DNA of 64,000 nt from Takakia lepidozioides (taxonomy: Eukaryota; Plantae; Bryophyta), in assembly GCA_030704615.1 (NCBI GenBank), contig CM060733.1, positions 65,596,001 to 65,660,000 of the forward strand, given 5' to 3'. A model generated the notes under the pieces. The model was given only the letters and a program-made list of their open reading frames with translations, was not told the DNA's origin and did not search any database. Below are positions 37,840 to 48,660 of this stretch, one piece after another. Numbering within the stretch: the stretch's first letter is position 1; each line of letters starts with the position of its first letter. The translations under genes were made by a program, and so were the position numbers.

Positions 37840-38790
37840 TGAAGGCATTTGCCTTCTGGACTTGTTTGGCGGGATCAGCACCGGATTGGCTGCTGTGCTA
37901 CAGGCAGGTGGTTGCGGGTAAGGCGTACCTGTATGTGGAGAGGGATGAGACTGCACGACGCGTCTCACTGCGCCATGTGGCTCAGTTGGTACAGCAGTAC
38001 CCTGACTTGTGCCTGTGTCTGCAGTTCGTGGATACCAACAAGCCTTGCCAGCAGACATTCCTTGTTGGGGGCGCAAGATTTGGAGCAGGTTGGCTCCATT
38101 GATCTGATAGTGGCAGGTTGGCCCTGCCAAGGGATTCATCAGCCGGGCATGGCAATGGATTGCGAGACTCGAAGACGGGTCTGTTTTGGGAGATGGTGCG
38201 GATTTTGCGCGCTTGCAGCTTCATCAAGCTGTATCTCCAGCATACATCTTGGAGAATGTACCACTGATGGGTGATTCTCGGGCCAGGGTGATGGCCAGTG
38301 TGCATCAAGTCCGGTCGTGGCTTGGGTCAGCAGTGTTGCTGGATGCAGCTGCAGTGGGGTCACGGGCTCATCGTCCACGCTATGGTGGACTAACTTGATG
38401 CCACCAGCACTGCTCAAGCGTGCATTTGATGGGGTGCAGCGGCCAGCACACCTCACGTGGATGGCATTTTGGACACAGGAAGGCAGTCTCAACGTGTGAG
38501 ACACGATGACCGTTCGCCTTTGCAGTGGTCAACAGGGTGGGTCAACACGAGCAGCATTACTACACTGCTCAGCTTCCCAGGATCCCATGCTTTTCGGGAT
38601 GGTGGACCTGGCCTCCTGTGGATGCTCAGTTGCAGCAGTTAGTGGAGCCTAATGCCGACGAGCGAGAGCGGGCTATGGGGTTTTCCACTGGGACCACGGC
38701 GGTGCCTTCCCTTTCTGAGGCATCACGTCGTCAGGTGTTGGGGCAAGCAATGGATCTCAATTGCTTGACCTGGATGTCAGCTTGGCTATG
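37840..38790 (+). pseudogene. C5-cytosine DNA methyltransferase domain (DNMT3-like), frameshifted
   Basis: Motifs in canonical order: I CLLDLFGGISTG (~37850), II YLYVERD, IV IDLIVAGWPCQG (~38100), VI YILENVP (~38243), VIII LLDAAAVGSRAHRPR, IX ERERAMGF, X RRQVLGQAMD (~38730). Confidence 0.92.
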
Positions 38791-39099
38791 GCTGAGCAAC
38801 GTAGAGTGCGGAGTGCACTTCCTTGATGGTCTCTCTGCCTACCGAGACGGTACAGGCAGCGAGTGGGGGCGAGCCGGTGAGGACCACGAGGTGTAGACAT
38901 CCATGGCACATGTGGGAGGTGCTCGAGGTCAGAGGGAGTTGGCAGAGAAGGCAGCTGTGATGAATGAGGAGGTCTCAATGATGGATGATGGGCAGGATGA
39001 GGCCTTGTCATTGACTGAGCAGGAAGGGGGTATGCTCAAGAGGTTGCAGCATAGCAACCACGGACGCGTCCTCTACCTCTAAGCCCACTGGACTTAAGG

Positions 39100-42000
39100 T
39101 TGCAGTTACGGAGGACAATTGGGAGCCTGATTGGACCCATTGTCACGGAGGAGAGAGACGACGTATACGGCGGTTCCTGAGGGCTTACAGGAATTGCTTT
39201 GCCTTCAGTTTGAAGGACTTGGGAGCACTGAAGGGTCAAGAGATCCGTATTGAGTTGGCCACTGACACGCCAATCTTTCGGAGACCCTATAGATACAGTG
39301 ACATGGAGAGGTCTTTGATTCAGATGAGGACTCAAGATCTCTGGGAGGCAGGTTTGGTGGAGCTCTCTGGTGGAGAGTATGCTTCAGCCACAGTGATGCC
39401 AGCTAAGAGGGATGTCTATGGCAATTGGACGGAGAGACGTATGTGCGGTGATTACCGGCCTGTAAATCGTCAGACCAAGTCCGATAGGTATGCCATGCCA
39501 ACACCAGAGGAGATCTTTGATGCCATTGGGCATTCCAAGGTCTTTAGCACGTTGGATTTACGATCCGGATATCACCAGTTGCCGATCAAGGAGGCGGATA
39601 AGCAAAAGACGGCATTCTGGGGGATCAATGAGCACGGGAAGGATTGCCTATACCAGTGGCGGTTCTTACCATTTGGGCTTAAAAACGCTCCCGCTGAGTT
39701 TCAAAGAGTCATGGACAGGATTCTAGCAGGGGTGGAGTTTGCTCGGTGCTACATAGATGACATCATCATCTTTAGTGCTACGGTGGAGGAGCATGAGAGA
39801 CACCTTCAGGGGGTATTTGAGCGCTTGAGGACGCACGGATTGAAGTTACATCCGGGCAAGTGCAAGTTTTTCCACAACCAGATTGAGTATCTGGGTCACA
39901 TGATATATCCTGGAGGATTGGGGGTACAGCAGACTAAGGTAGAGTCCATTGCACAGGTTCCACGCCCCACGGATGTGAGCCGAGTTCGAGCTTTCATGGG
40001 GTTAGCAAACTATTACAGACGGTTTGTTAAGGGATTTAGTGCCATTGCAAAGGCTCTAACCAAGCTGACCAAGGTGGACCAGGAGTGGCAGTGGGAAGAT
40101 GAGCAAGAACAAGCTTTTCAAGAGCTCAAGGCGAGGTTGACCTCGGCGCCCATCTTGAGACGACCTATCAGGGGGCGTCCTTTTCAGCTGCATACAGATT
40201 GGAGCATGCTGGGGCTTGGAGCGGTGCTCACACAGGTGGATGATGAGGGAAGAGAGTTCGTAGTGGCTTATGCTAGCCGCTCGAACAATGCTGCAGAGTC
40301 TAAGTATAGCTCATATGAGGGAGAATGCTTAGCTGCAAGTGTGGGCCGTGGCACACTTCAGGTGCTATTTATACGGCAATCTCTTCACCCTTGTCACGGA
40401 TCACCAACCACTCAAGTGGTTGATGGAGTCAGACAAGCTTACGGGGAAGCTTGCACGGTGGGCACTCATCCTTCAAGAGTATGACTTTCAGGTGGTGCAT
40501 CGACCGGGTTTGGTCAATCGAAATGCAGATAAGTTGAGTCGCAATCCATGCACGAGCCAGCAGGATGACACTGGAGCTCGGTGGCATGGTGAGACGGACG
40601 AGGAGATGGTGCCCGGATGGCATGCATCTGCATTTCTGTGTATCTTGGTAGCGGAAGGCCAGGTTGGACCTACAACAGGGATGACTGCAGATAAGTGTCT
40701 GAGGACCCTGAGGCCAGCAATGAGCAGGGTGGCGCCAAAGATATACATGAGGATTCAGTTGTGTTGGACTACCTCCGCAGTGGAGACACGGCAGCCACTA
40801 TGACTGCCAAGGAGAGGGATCGGATCCTACAACGAGCCAAGAGGTTCAGGTGGGAGGGGACACACCTACTCCGAGTGTGGGAGGATGGTCGAGTGAGGAT
40901 TGTGCCTCACCCAACACAGCGGGCACGGTTAGTGCGGCATGCCCACGAGGAGTTGGGGCATTTTGGGGTGCGACGCACCCATAGCCTACTGCAGGGGCAG
41001 TATTGGTGGCGTGGTATGCACACAGAGGTGCAACAATTTGTGGCTAGGTGCATGGTGTGTGACAGGGTGCGTGCTTCATTCAACGCCCCTACTCCACAAT
41101 TGCACCCTCTTCCGATCATGGGATTGGGCTACAGGTGGAGTCTTGACTTCGCAGGGCCGTTGCCACTGACCATGCGCCACAACAAGTATGTGTTGGTGAT
41201 GGTGGAGCACTTCTCCAAGTGGATTGAATTGGTTCCATTGCCTGATAAGGCTAGTGAGGGGCTGCGTATGCATTCTTGGATTGTGTGCTTAGCCGATTCG
41301 GTGCTCCAGCTGAGGTACTCACGGACCAAGGGAGAGAGTTCTTGGGGGAGTTTCAGGCTTTGTGTGACAAGGCCTTGATAGACCACCGCACCACTTCTCG
41401 GGATCATCCTGAGGCCGATGGCTTGGCAGAGAGAGTTGTTCAGACAGTAAAGAGGGGTTTGCGCAAGTATGGCTTGCAGAAGGGACACCTAGGAGATTGG
41501 GACCTTCAGTTACCCTGGCTAGCCATGGGCTACAGGTTCAGCAAGCAAGCATCACTTGCCTCCTTCTCACCATACTTTCTTCTCTTTGGCCGAGAGCCGG
41601 ATTTGCCTACATCCATTCGCAGAGAAGCTGCTACAGTTCTTAACCTTGACGATCCGGACGTGTGGGCACGTGCATGTGAGCAGCGTGCAGAGTTGTTCAA
41701 GAGAGTCATGCCCATGGCTTTCGAGAACCTTGCCATTGCACAACACCGTGATACGTTGAGGTATGCTACCATACGTGGTGGGGGCTATCGTCCTGGGGTT
41801 CGGAGATTCAACCCTGGTGACTATGTCTATCTGCAGCAGACTGCTCCTACGACCCTGGATGTGACTGCAGGACGTGTTATTTTGAGGGTTCGAGAGGTCT
41901 TGCCCTCAGGCGTCTTGGTCTTGGAGGGTCGGGATGGCATAACTTGGAAGGACCATGTGCGTAATTGTGCGCCATGTCACCTTCCGAATGTCGATGGCAG

Positions 42001-42184
42001 GATTGACCCAAACCTGGCAGTGGTATCTGCAGGTTTGAGGTGCATGTTGTGTGGGTCTGCTAAAGGGGCAGCCACCATGCTGGTATGTGATCGGTGCTCT
42101 AGAGGTTGGCATATGGGATGCTTGACTCCACCTCTTGAGATGGTTCCGGATGGGGATTGGTTATGTCCACATTGCATTGGATAG
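39100..42184 (+). CDS. pol: pol: reverse transcriptase, RNase H, DDE integrase and C-terminal PHD finger (~4 frameshifts)
   Basis: [32 protein letters not shown]; RNase H LHTDWS/TDHQPL/NAD; IN H-H-C-C, SLDFAGP, TDQGREF, GLAER; PHD CMLC...CDRCSRGWHMGCLTPPLEMVPDGDWLCPHC. Confidence 0.96.
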
Positions 42185-42440
42185 GGAGTGGATACAACCA
42201 TGGAGGCTAACAAGAAACGCAAGGCCCAGCTACTAGGAGACCTTGAACACACGAGATCTTGGCTCAAGTTCATAGATTGCAAGACGGCGACTAACGATGG
42301 GGCTACTCTTGTACCCGGCCTCTTGGTTGATAGAGTTTGAGCACGATAAAGACAGTGATAGAGGACTTAGTACGGCTGTGGCTATTACATCTTGTAGCTA
42401 TCTGGAGGTAGAGGGACCTATCCACCAGCTAGGGGGGCGA

Positions 42441-42969
42441 TTGTGCTAGACTACTTTATTGTGCATATATGTGTGGTGTGGTCTGGACAGCGATGTAGTT
42501 GTGTAGCGATATGTATGCGCACGACAGCTGTCAAGTTAAATAAGCACAGTGTGAAAACAGCTAGAATAAAACTAGTTATTTGTATTTAACACTTGGATTT
42601 AGGTCAAGTGTTAAATCAGGTGTCAAGTTTAGTTTTGACACCTGGTCTGTCTTATCTTCACGAGAGCGGCAGTCGCGCAGCTCATCTCTCTCGAGTTGAG
42701 CCTGCGCGACCGAGCTCCTGCATTCTTCAGATCTGAGTGTATGATGGGAGTGTAGGTTGTTGTGGGGTGGAGTCCCCATAGCTTGGGGTGCCCCTGGCTC
42801 GACTATTATCTTAAAGAGTGATCTTGAGGGATTGCATATTTCTTGTGTTGAGAGTGCGTGTCCTTTTTCAAGTTTGTTTATCATTGTGCTAGACTACTTT
42901 ATTGTGCATATATGTGTGGTGTGGTCTGGACAGCGATGTAGTTGTGTAGCGATATGTATGCGCACGACA
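42441..42969 (+). repeat. 3' repeat block B1 (42441-42526) - GC - A2 (42529-42883) - B2 (42884-42969)
   Basis: The 86-bp B (TTGTGCTAGAC...CGCACGACA) occurs twice, flanking a second copy of A. Confidence 0.97.
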
Positions 42970-45629
42970 GAGAAGTTTGTGAAGCATCAAAGTGAGGAGA
43001 TTGCCTTGGAGACGAGTAGGAGAGCTGGAGATGGACTACCGTTGATGAGTACCAAGGTGGACTGTGTGGAGTGTCACACTACCAAGCTATAGAACATCCC
43101 AAGCCTTCATTATCCCTTTAGGTGACTTACCACTTCCCTTGAGATTTCATGCATTATGCATTGCACACCAAGCTAGGAGCTTAAGTGATATTGGTTATAT
43201 ATGTGTTGAAGGAATAAAAAAACTAACCCTTTCAAGTAGAAAGGAGTCTATGTGCATTTCCAGTTGGAGTGCTATACTTTACGTGGAAGGGGAAGGTCCC
43301 CAAGTGTTTACCTCGAAGGGTTTGAGGTCCTTACACCAAAAGAATGGTGTAAGTTTTTTTTGTTTTTTTTTTTTGTTCAATTATATGCATACCCAGAGCT
43401 TGGAAAGCTCTGGAAGTGACTAACCAGCAGCCAGGGTGGCTGATTTTTAGGCCTTAGGCCAACTAATATCCAAAGGATAAACCAAGGCAAGAGACCTTGG
43501 GGGGAAGGAGGGTTTTTGTTTGTTTTTTTGGATTTAGGAAGCTTTTCTGGTCGTTGCCCAGCAGCAGAGCGGGCCGTTGGGCCAGAAGAAGACGCGCCAT
43601 AGCCATTTGCAAAGGAGGGAGTATAGCCAAGAGCCGTGGAAGGCCACGCGCCTCGGCGCACACTAGCCGCGGGCCCCCACGTTGACTGTGCCGTACTTTT
43701 CAGCCATTAAATCAGCACGAGGCACTTGAATAGGGGTGGGGGGGTGTCCCCCTAGGACCCCGCGGGGTCCCTGAGTACGGCGGACCGCTGGATAAACGCA
43801 CGGACCCCACGACCGACTGCTGGTCCGTCACGCGGACCCCTCCGCGCTGCCCCACGCCGCGCCATGTGGCGGGCAGGGCTTTGTCCGCTGGGTGCTGCGG
43901 AAGCGCCTGCTGAAGGGGGTATTTCCTACCTTGTACTATTATGTTTTTTTGATACCCCTCTTAGGGGCCTCTTAGGGGAATTGTGGGTCTTTTTACGATC
44001 GGATGGAATGATAAATTCCGTAACTCGGGTATGTTAGAGCTTTAAGGGAGAGGGATTGTATGAGCCATAGCTCAGTCCGGGGAGTTTAGGAGCCTCCGAG
44101 CTACACACCGAGACAGCGTGAGAGAAAATTTGGACAAGAAATACACTAGCCTTGAATCTAGGCTACAGTGAGGAATAGTGTCAAGCATAGAGGTAGGGGA
44201 TGACGGATTCCGGGCATAGAAAGGGTCTCCACTAGCCTTAAGTCAAGGGAGTGGAGGGCACGTGGGGAAAAACAGCCCGGCCCCACCACACTTAGCATGT
44301 TTTGAGCCAGCCGATGAATTATTGAGTGACGGATGGGCGGCGGGCCCCGGATTGCGTTCATCCGTAGTCGTGGATTGCGACGGCTATTCCCCGCATTGGG
44401 AGCCATTCCTCGGCGTTCCCATCCTCAGGGTTGGTTCCCAGGCTGTTCCCTGGGTCCCCCAGAGGTAATTTCAGGATCATTGGAGCCTAGGAAGGATTCT
44501 CTACCTTAGAGGTATTTTTTCTGATTTACTTATTTTTTATTATTTGCTGGCCATTTGTGCATTATTAATCATGGTAGTCCTAGGGACTTGAGAGTATATT
44601 CACCCTTTTAACACCATAATTGGGAAGGGAATTGGGCATTGGGAAGGGATTTCCCCCTCTTCCTCCCTACACTCGGTAGATGCTTTGTGAAGAGACCAGG
44701 TAAAGTATTCCGACTGTTTGCGTCTCGGGGGTTTAGGCTTGTAGGATTTTTAGTAAATAAAGAAGACTTGGAAGGCAATTGCAAGACTAAAATACATAAA
44801 AAGACTATAGGAACTAGAAACGCAACCTTGCCCTGTGAAGTAGAAATTGTATTCTCTTTGCCGGTAGAATTAGAATTGTTTTATTATCGCCGCCACTAGC
44901 ACTGTCGTGGATCCCCTGCACTAACCGCAGTCAGGTGGACGGTTCTTGAGCCCAATCCATTCCGTTACACACCTCGACCCCTCCTAGCAAGTACGCCATC
45001 ACCCTGACCGCGTCGGTCCAGGGTTCGTCAGGGCCTCGACGTAGGATACCCACTTTGATACATAAGGGATTACACTTGGACTTAGATGACATTGGACACT
45101 TGGGCCAACGGCATAGGCTACCCTAGTTACAATTTAAAATAACAAACTTAGATATAGTATGCACGGTGGCGATCCCGTGGTGGTTCCAGATGTGATAGCA
45201 GAACTACTTGAATTGCAGACAACGAATCGAGTCATAGCACATGGAGTAAACAACATGCCTCCACATGGCGCTAATGAGAAGGGTGAGAATGGGGTGCTAA
45301 ATAAAAAATGTGTACATACATGGAGCTTGCTTAGACATTAGACTTAATAGTAATATGAAACTGCACACTTCACCGTTTACATGTAAGTAGGGTGTGCAAA
45401 TATGAGGAATCAATCACTACAACTTGCACACAACAATTCAATGGTCTTCACAAGCTGGTGAGGCTAGGATCGAGCATTGTTGTGACCAGTGATTTTAAAA
45501 AGCTGTGACTCGGAGCGATTGGAGCACGGAGAATTCCTATTCTGAGAGCTGATTGAGATCCCGACTTGATTTGTCGATGACAAATCAAGTATGATTACAG
45601 CCTACTGTGTTTTGCTTGACATAGTAACT

Positions 45630-46300
45630 CACCGCAACTCGCTGACCTGTGTCCATGGCTGCTTACATGCATGGGTTCATACCTGGATGTGTCGCCTCCC
45701 CTGCAACAAACAGTCTTCCAATAAGGGGCTCAGCAAGTGTACTCCTAGCACCATCTGCTTTAATAGAAGGATTTGTGTAACCCCCTCTCACATACATTTC
45801 GTTTGCCCAACTGAATATGCAACCTCCTTGGAAGTAGACAAATGTTGGATGCGATGCATCATTCTGAGGGTCTGTATCCACCTTTGAAAAGCCACTCCTG
45901 ATGAAGAACCTGTGTGGCATCCCCAGTGAAATGGAAACCTTATCTAGCAACGTTCTCTGGCTATGCTTTCAGCATACACACTGTCAGGTTTTTTGCATTC
46001 ACATCCGTCACTGTAGGTGGATTGGCTTTCCCAAATATCCCATCCAGCTGAGAAAGTGCTCACCGAAAAATCTCTTCTTCTGTCAGTTGTGACATGGCAA
46101 CAACAACTTGCCCAGCAATGACTGCCACGATGACGAATTTGCCCAAGGTAGATGGTCAACTGGAAACAGCAGCGACAGCAATTGATAGAACAAGGACTGC
46201 TAATGAAGGCACATTCTTCAACACATTTTGGTCTGTTTCTCCCTGTTATTAGAATCGGCCCTAAATTTTTATGGTGAATTTTGCAAGTTAGCTTGTTGGT
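45630..46300 (-). pseudogene. Flavin-containing amine oxidase C-terminal remnant
   Basis: SWANEMYVRGGYT...RSTLAEPLIGRLFVAGEATHPGMNPCM*AAMDTGQRVA matches the WxxxxxxRGxY...FAGEAT...A..G.R end of amine oxidases, with an in-frame stop. Confidence 0.7.
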
Positions 46301-47959
46301 GGATCTATGGTGGTTTTGGAGTGATTTTGACATGTGACTGCCAATGTGGCAACAAGAAAGTATCAAAAAACAGATAACAGAGACGAGGAGAAGCTCTGGA
46401 ATGAACACGTCCCTGAATTTGTATGTTGAATTCTGTAATTTAGCTCGTTGGGTGGATCTGTGGTGGTTTGGAGTGCCTTTGATAAATACTCCCAGTATGG
46501 CAGCACGAAAGTATCCAAAAGCATATAACAGAGATGAGGAGAAGCTTTGGAATGAACACTTTTCCGACCCCAGTCAATAGTGGGACCATGGAGACAAAAA
46601 TGTGAATGCCTGTTGGATTACAGAGAGAAGCAGATGCATTTCAGATTTGAAACTAGTGTAGGGTTGGGGTGTTTTCTGGAAGAACTCCACACCGTCAGTG
46701 TCAGCTGCTAGCAGCAAGGCAAGGATGTATGGATGATTTGTACACAGGCAAGGATAGCTGAAGGTGAATGTCTACATTGGTTTCAATCTCTGCCCGCTTA
46801 GCTGCACTGTGGTGGTTTTCACAGACCGATCCGACATTACGTGACTACAAACACAAGCAGCACACACAATAGGTCCTTTTGGGCTGTTAGTACCATGATT
46901 TGGTATTCTTCCTGATGTTTACAAGGTTCTTGGGAGAGTCAGCTCGGTCTTACGAGCCCGTGTTTCAATCTCTGTCTGCTTAGCTGCACCATTCGACATT
47001 ACCTGACTACAAACACAAGTAGCACACACAAGAGGTCATTGTGGGTTAATGGTCTCCCTGGGTCATGTCACAAGGTCAAGGACTATGTGGTGAGGGCACC
47101 TTCTTCTTCAACCTATCAGCCAATAACAAAACAACAAGGGTCATAGCCCGTAGGGTACATGACACGCGCTGTCATGATTATCCTAGAGACGCCCTTCTTG
47201 AACAAACATGATCTGTGGAAAATCCATAAGAGGTGCCTTCACAGGCTTTGGAGACCAACAGGGTACTTGTAAACCTGCCAAAATTCTGCAACATCTCTTC
47301 TGCAGTAACCATACTCTCTTGTAATTTGCTGCAGATTATTCCTTCACAGAAGTTAAATCGTCGTGGACTTCTCAAGGGAACGATCTCGTTCCGTCCCTCC
47401 TATGTAGTCCAGGGATCGAATCCCGCAGCATCATCAATTATATAAAGACAAGCCAAGAAACCATTGCATGTTTTTAACAGGTTTTTTTTATTAAAAAATA
47501 ATTTTTAAAAAAAGAAACCTATATACTATCCCAGTTTTCTCATAAAACTTAACAAGTAATCTCAGTATAAGGATTATTGAGAGAGGGAAGATATTCATGT
47601 CATGTCAAGACATAGACAAGACTTGATAAAAGTCATTGTCAAGAAAAATGACATAGCAGCCTCATTACAAGGCATTGTCAAACATCTCCTTACATGTACA
47701 ATCCAAAAAAAGATCCTTATTACAAGGTATCCTCCTTTCATCATGTTAACACTTTCCCTCCATAAATATGTCATCTTAAATAAAAGAGACTGGATTTCAA
47801 AGTTCTTGAAATCATAGGGTGGGAGGGTGGGGTCTTTAAGGAAAACAAACACATAGCATGAGCCTGTAGGGTTCTGAAGAAGGTATGCATATTTGCATAT
47901 AGTCAATCAATCAGAGTCTGAACCACTTTATTTAAAACATGCTGAGTTTTAAACAAGAG

Positions 47960-48660
47960 CTGTAAGTGTCCCACACAAGCCGCCATAATCTTTGCCATCA
48001 TTGCCATGTTTATTAACAAGCTGAAAGCCAGTTAGACCATGGCCTAAAAATTAATGTGAGTGTCCCACACAAGTCACCATCTTCTCAGTCATCATTGAAG
48101 GGTTTCAACAAGGTCTAAGAACTGATGTGTGTGTCCCACACAAGCCATCATATTCAGCACCTGTATGTTAAACCTCACAGGCTGGAGACAAAGCAAAAAA
48201 AACTACAAACTGATTTGTGTGTCCCACACGAACCACCATGGTCTTTGCTATCATTGCCAGGTTTATTAACAAGCTGAAGCCCAGTAAGCCAGGGCCTAAA
48301 AACTGATGTGTGTGACCTTCACAAGTCATCATATTCTCAGCCATCATTGCAGGGTTAAACACTGTCCGGGAAGGTACCCAAAGGACTGCAACAAACTATA
48401 ACTTGCAGCACCTATATGTTTACCCTAACAGATCGGAGGCAAAGCAAATCAGGGCCTAAAAACTGATGTATGTGTCCCACACAAACCACCATAACTCAGC
48501 CACCATTGCAGGGTTTAAACAATGCACGGGAAGGTACCCAAAGTGCTGCCGCAAACAATACATTGTAGCGCCTTTATGCTTAACCTGACAGGTTGGGGGC
48601 AAGGCGAGGCACGGCAAGGCAAAGCAAGGCAAGGCAGTCTCAGCCATCATTGCAAAACAG
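47960..48660. repeat. Degenerate tandem repeats (TGTGTCCCACACAAGCC...CATCATTGC core)
   Basis: About six diverged units visible. Confidence 0.7.

Larger units (their letters stand above)
31080..42969 (+). mobile_element. Ty3/gypsy-type retrotransposon with C5-DNA methyltransferase, integrase-PHD fusion and split direct repeats
   Basis: TGTC...GACA ends and GAGA TSD (31076-31079 / 42970-42973). Domain order is gag-PR-MTase-RT-RH-IN-PHD. PPT AGGGGGGCGA at 42431-42440. Confidence 0.93.
29892..45030. mobile_element. Long (~3.25 kb net) solo LTR, split by the 11.9-kb element
   Basis: 5-bp TSD GGGCC at 29887-29891 and 45031-45035. Ends are TATAGA (probably mutated TGTAGA)...GGGTTCGTCA. No coding content. 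Confidence 0.65.
27762..45126 (+). mobile_element. Three head-to-tail non-autonomous Helitron-like units (27762-28400, 28401-29163, ~29165-45126, the last interrupted by nested retroelements)
   Basis: 5' A|TCTATTCATAATT start. Each unit ends GGGCCAACGGCA(C/T)AGGCTACC-CTAG|T (hairpin plus CTAG) at 28400, 29163 and 45126. The units share a ~230-bp block and many CACTTGGATACATAGGAGATTGCACTTGGGC minisatellite units. Confidence 0.7.

Noticed and set aside
31080-42969. Classification as a DIRS/Ngaro tyrosine-recombinase element
   Set aside because: It has a DDE integrase, protease, PPT and TSD, and no YR motifs were seen. The MTase is C5-type rather than the adenine-type domain of DIRS.
29906-45052. 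TGGGTA...TACCCA as the solo-LTR boundaries
   Set aside because: No TSD at these ends. 29892-45030 gives a 5-bp TSD and restores the Helitron minisatellite.
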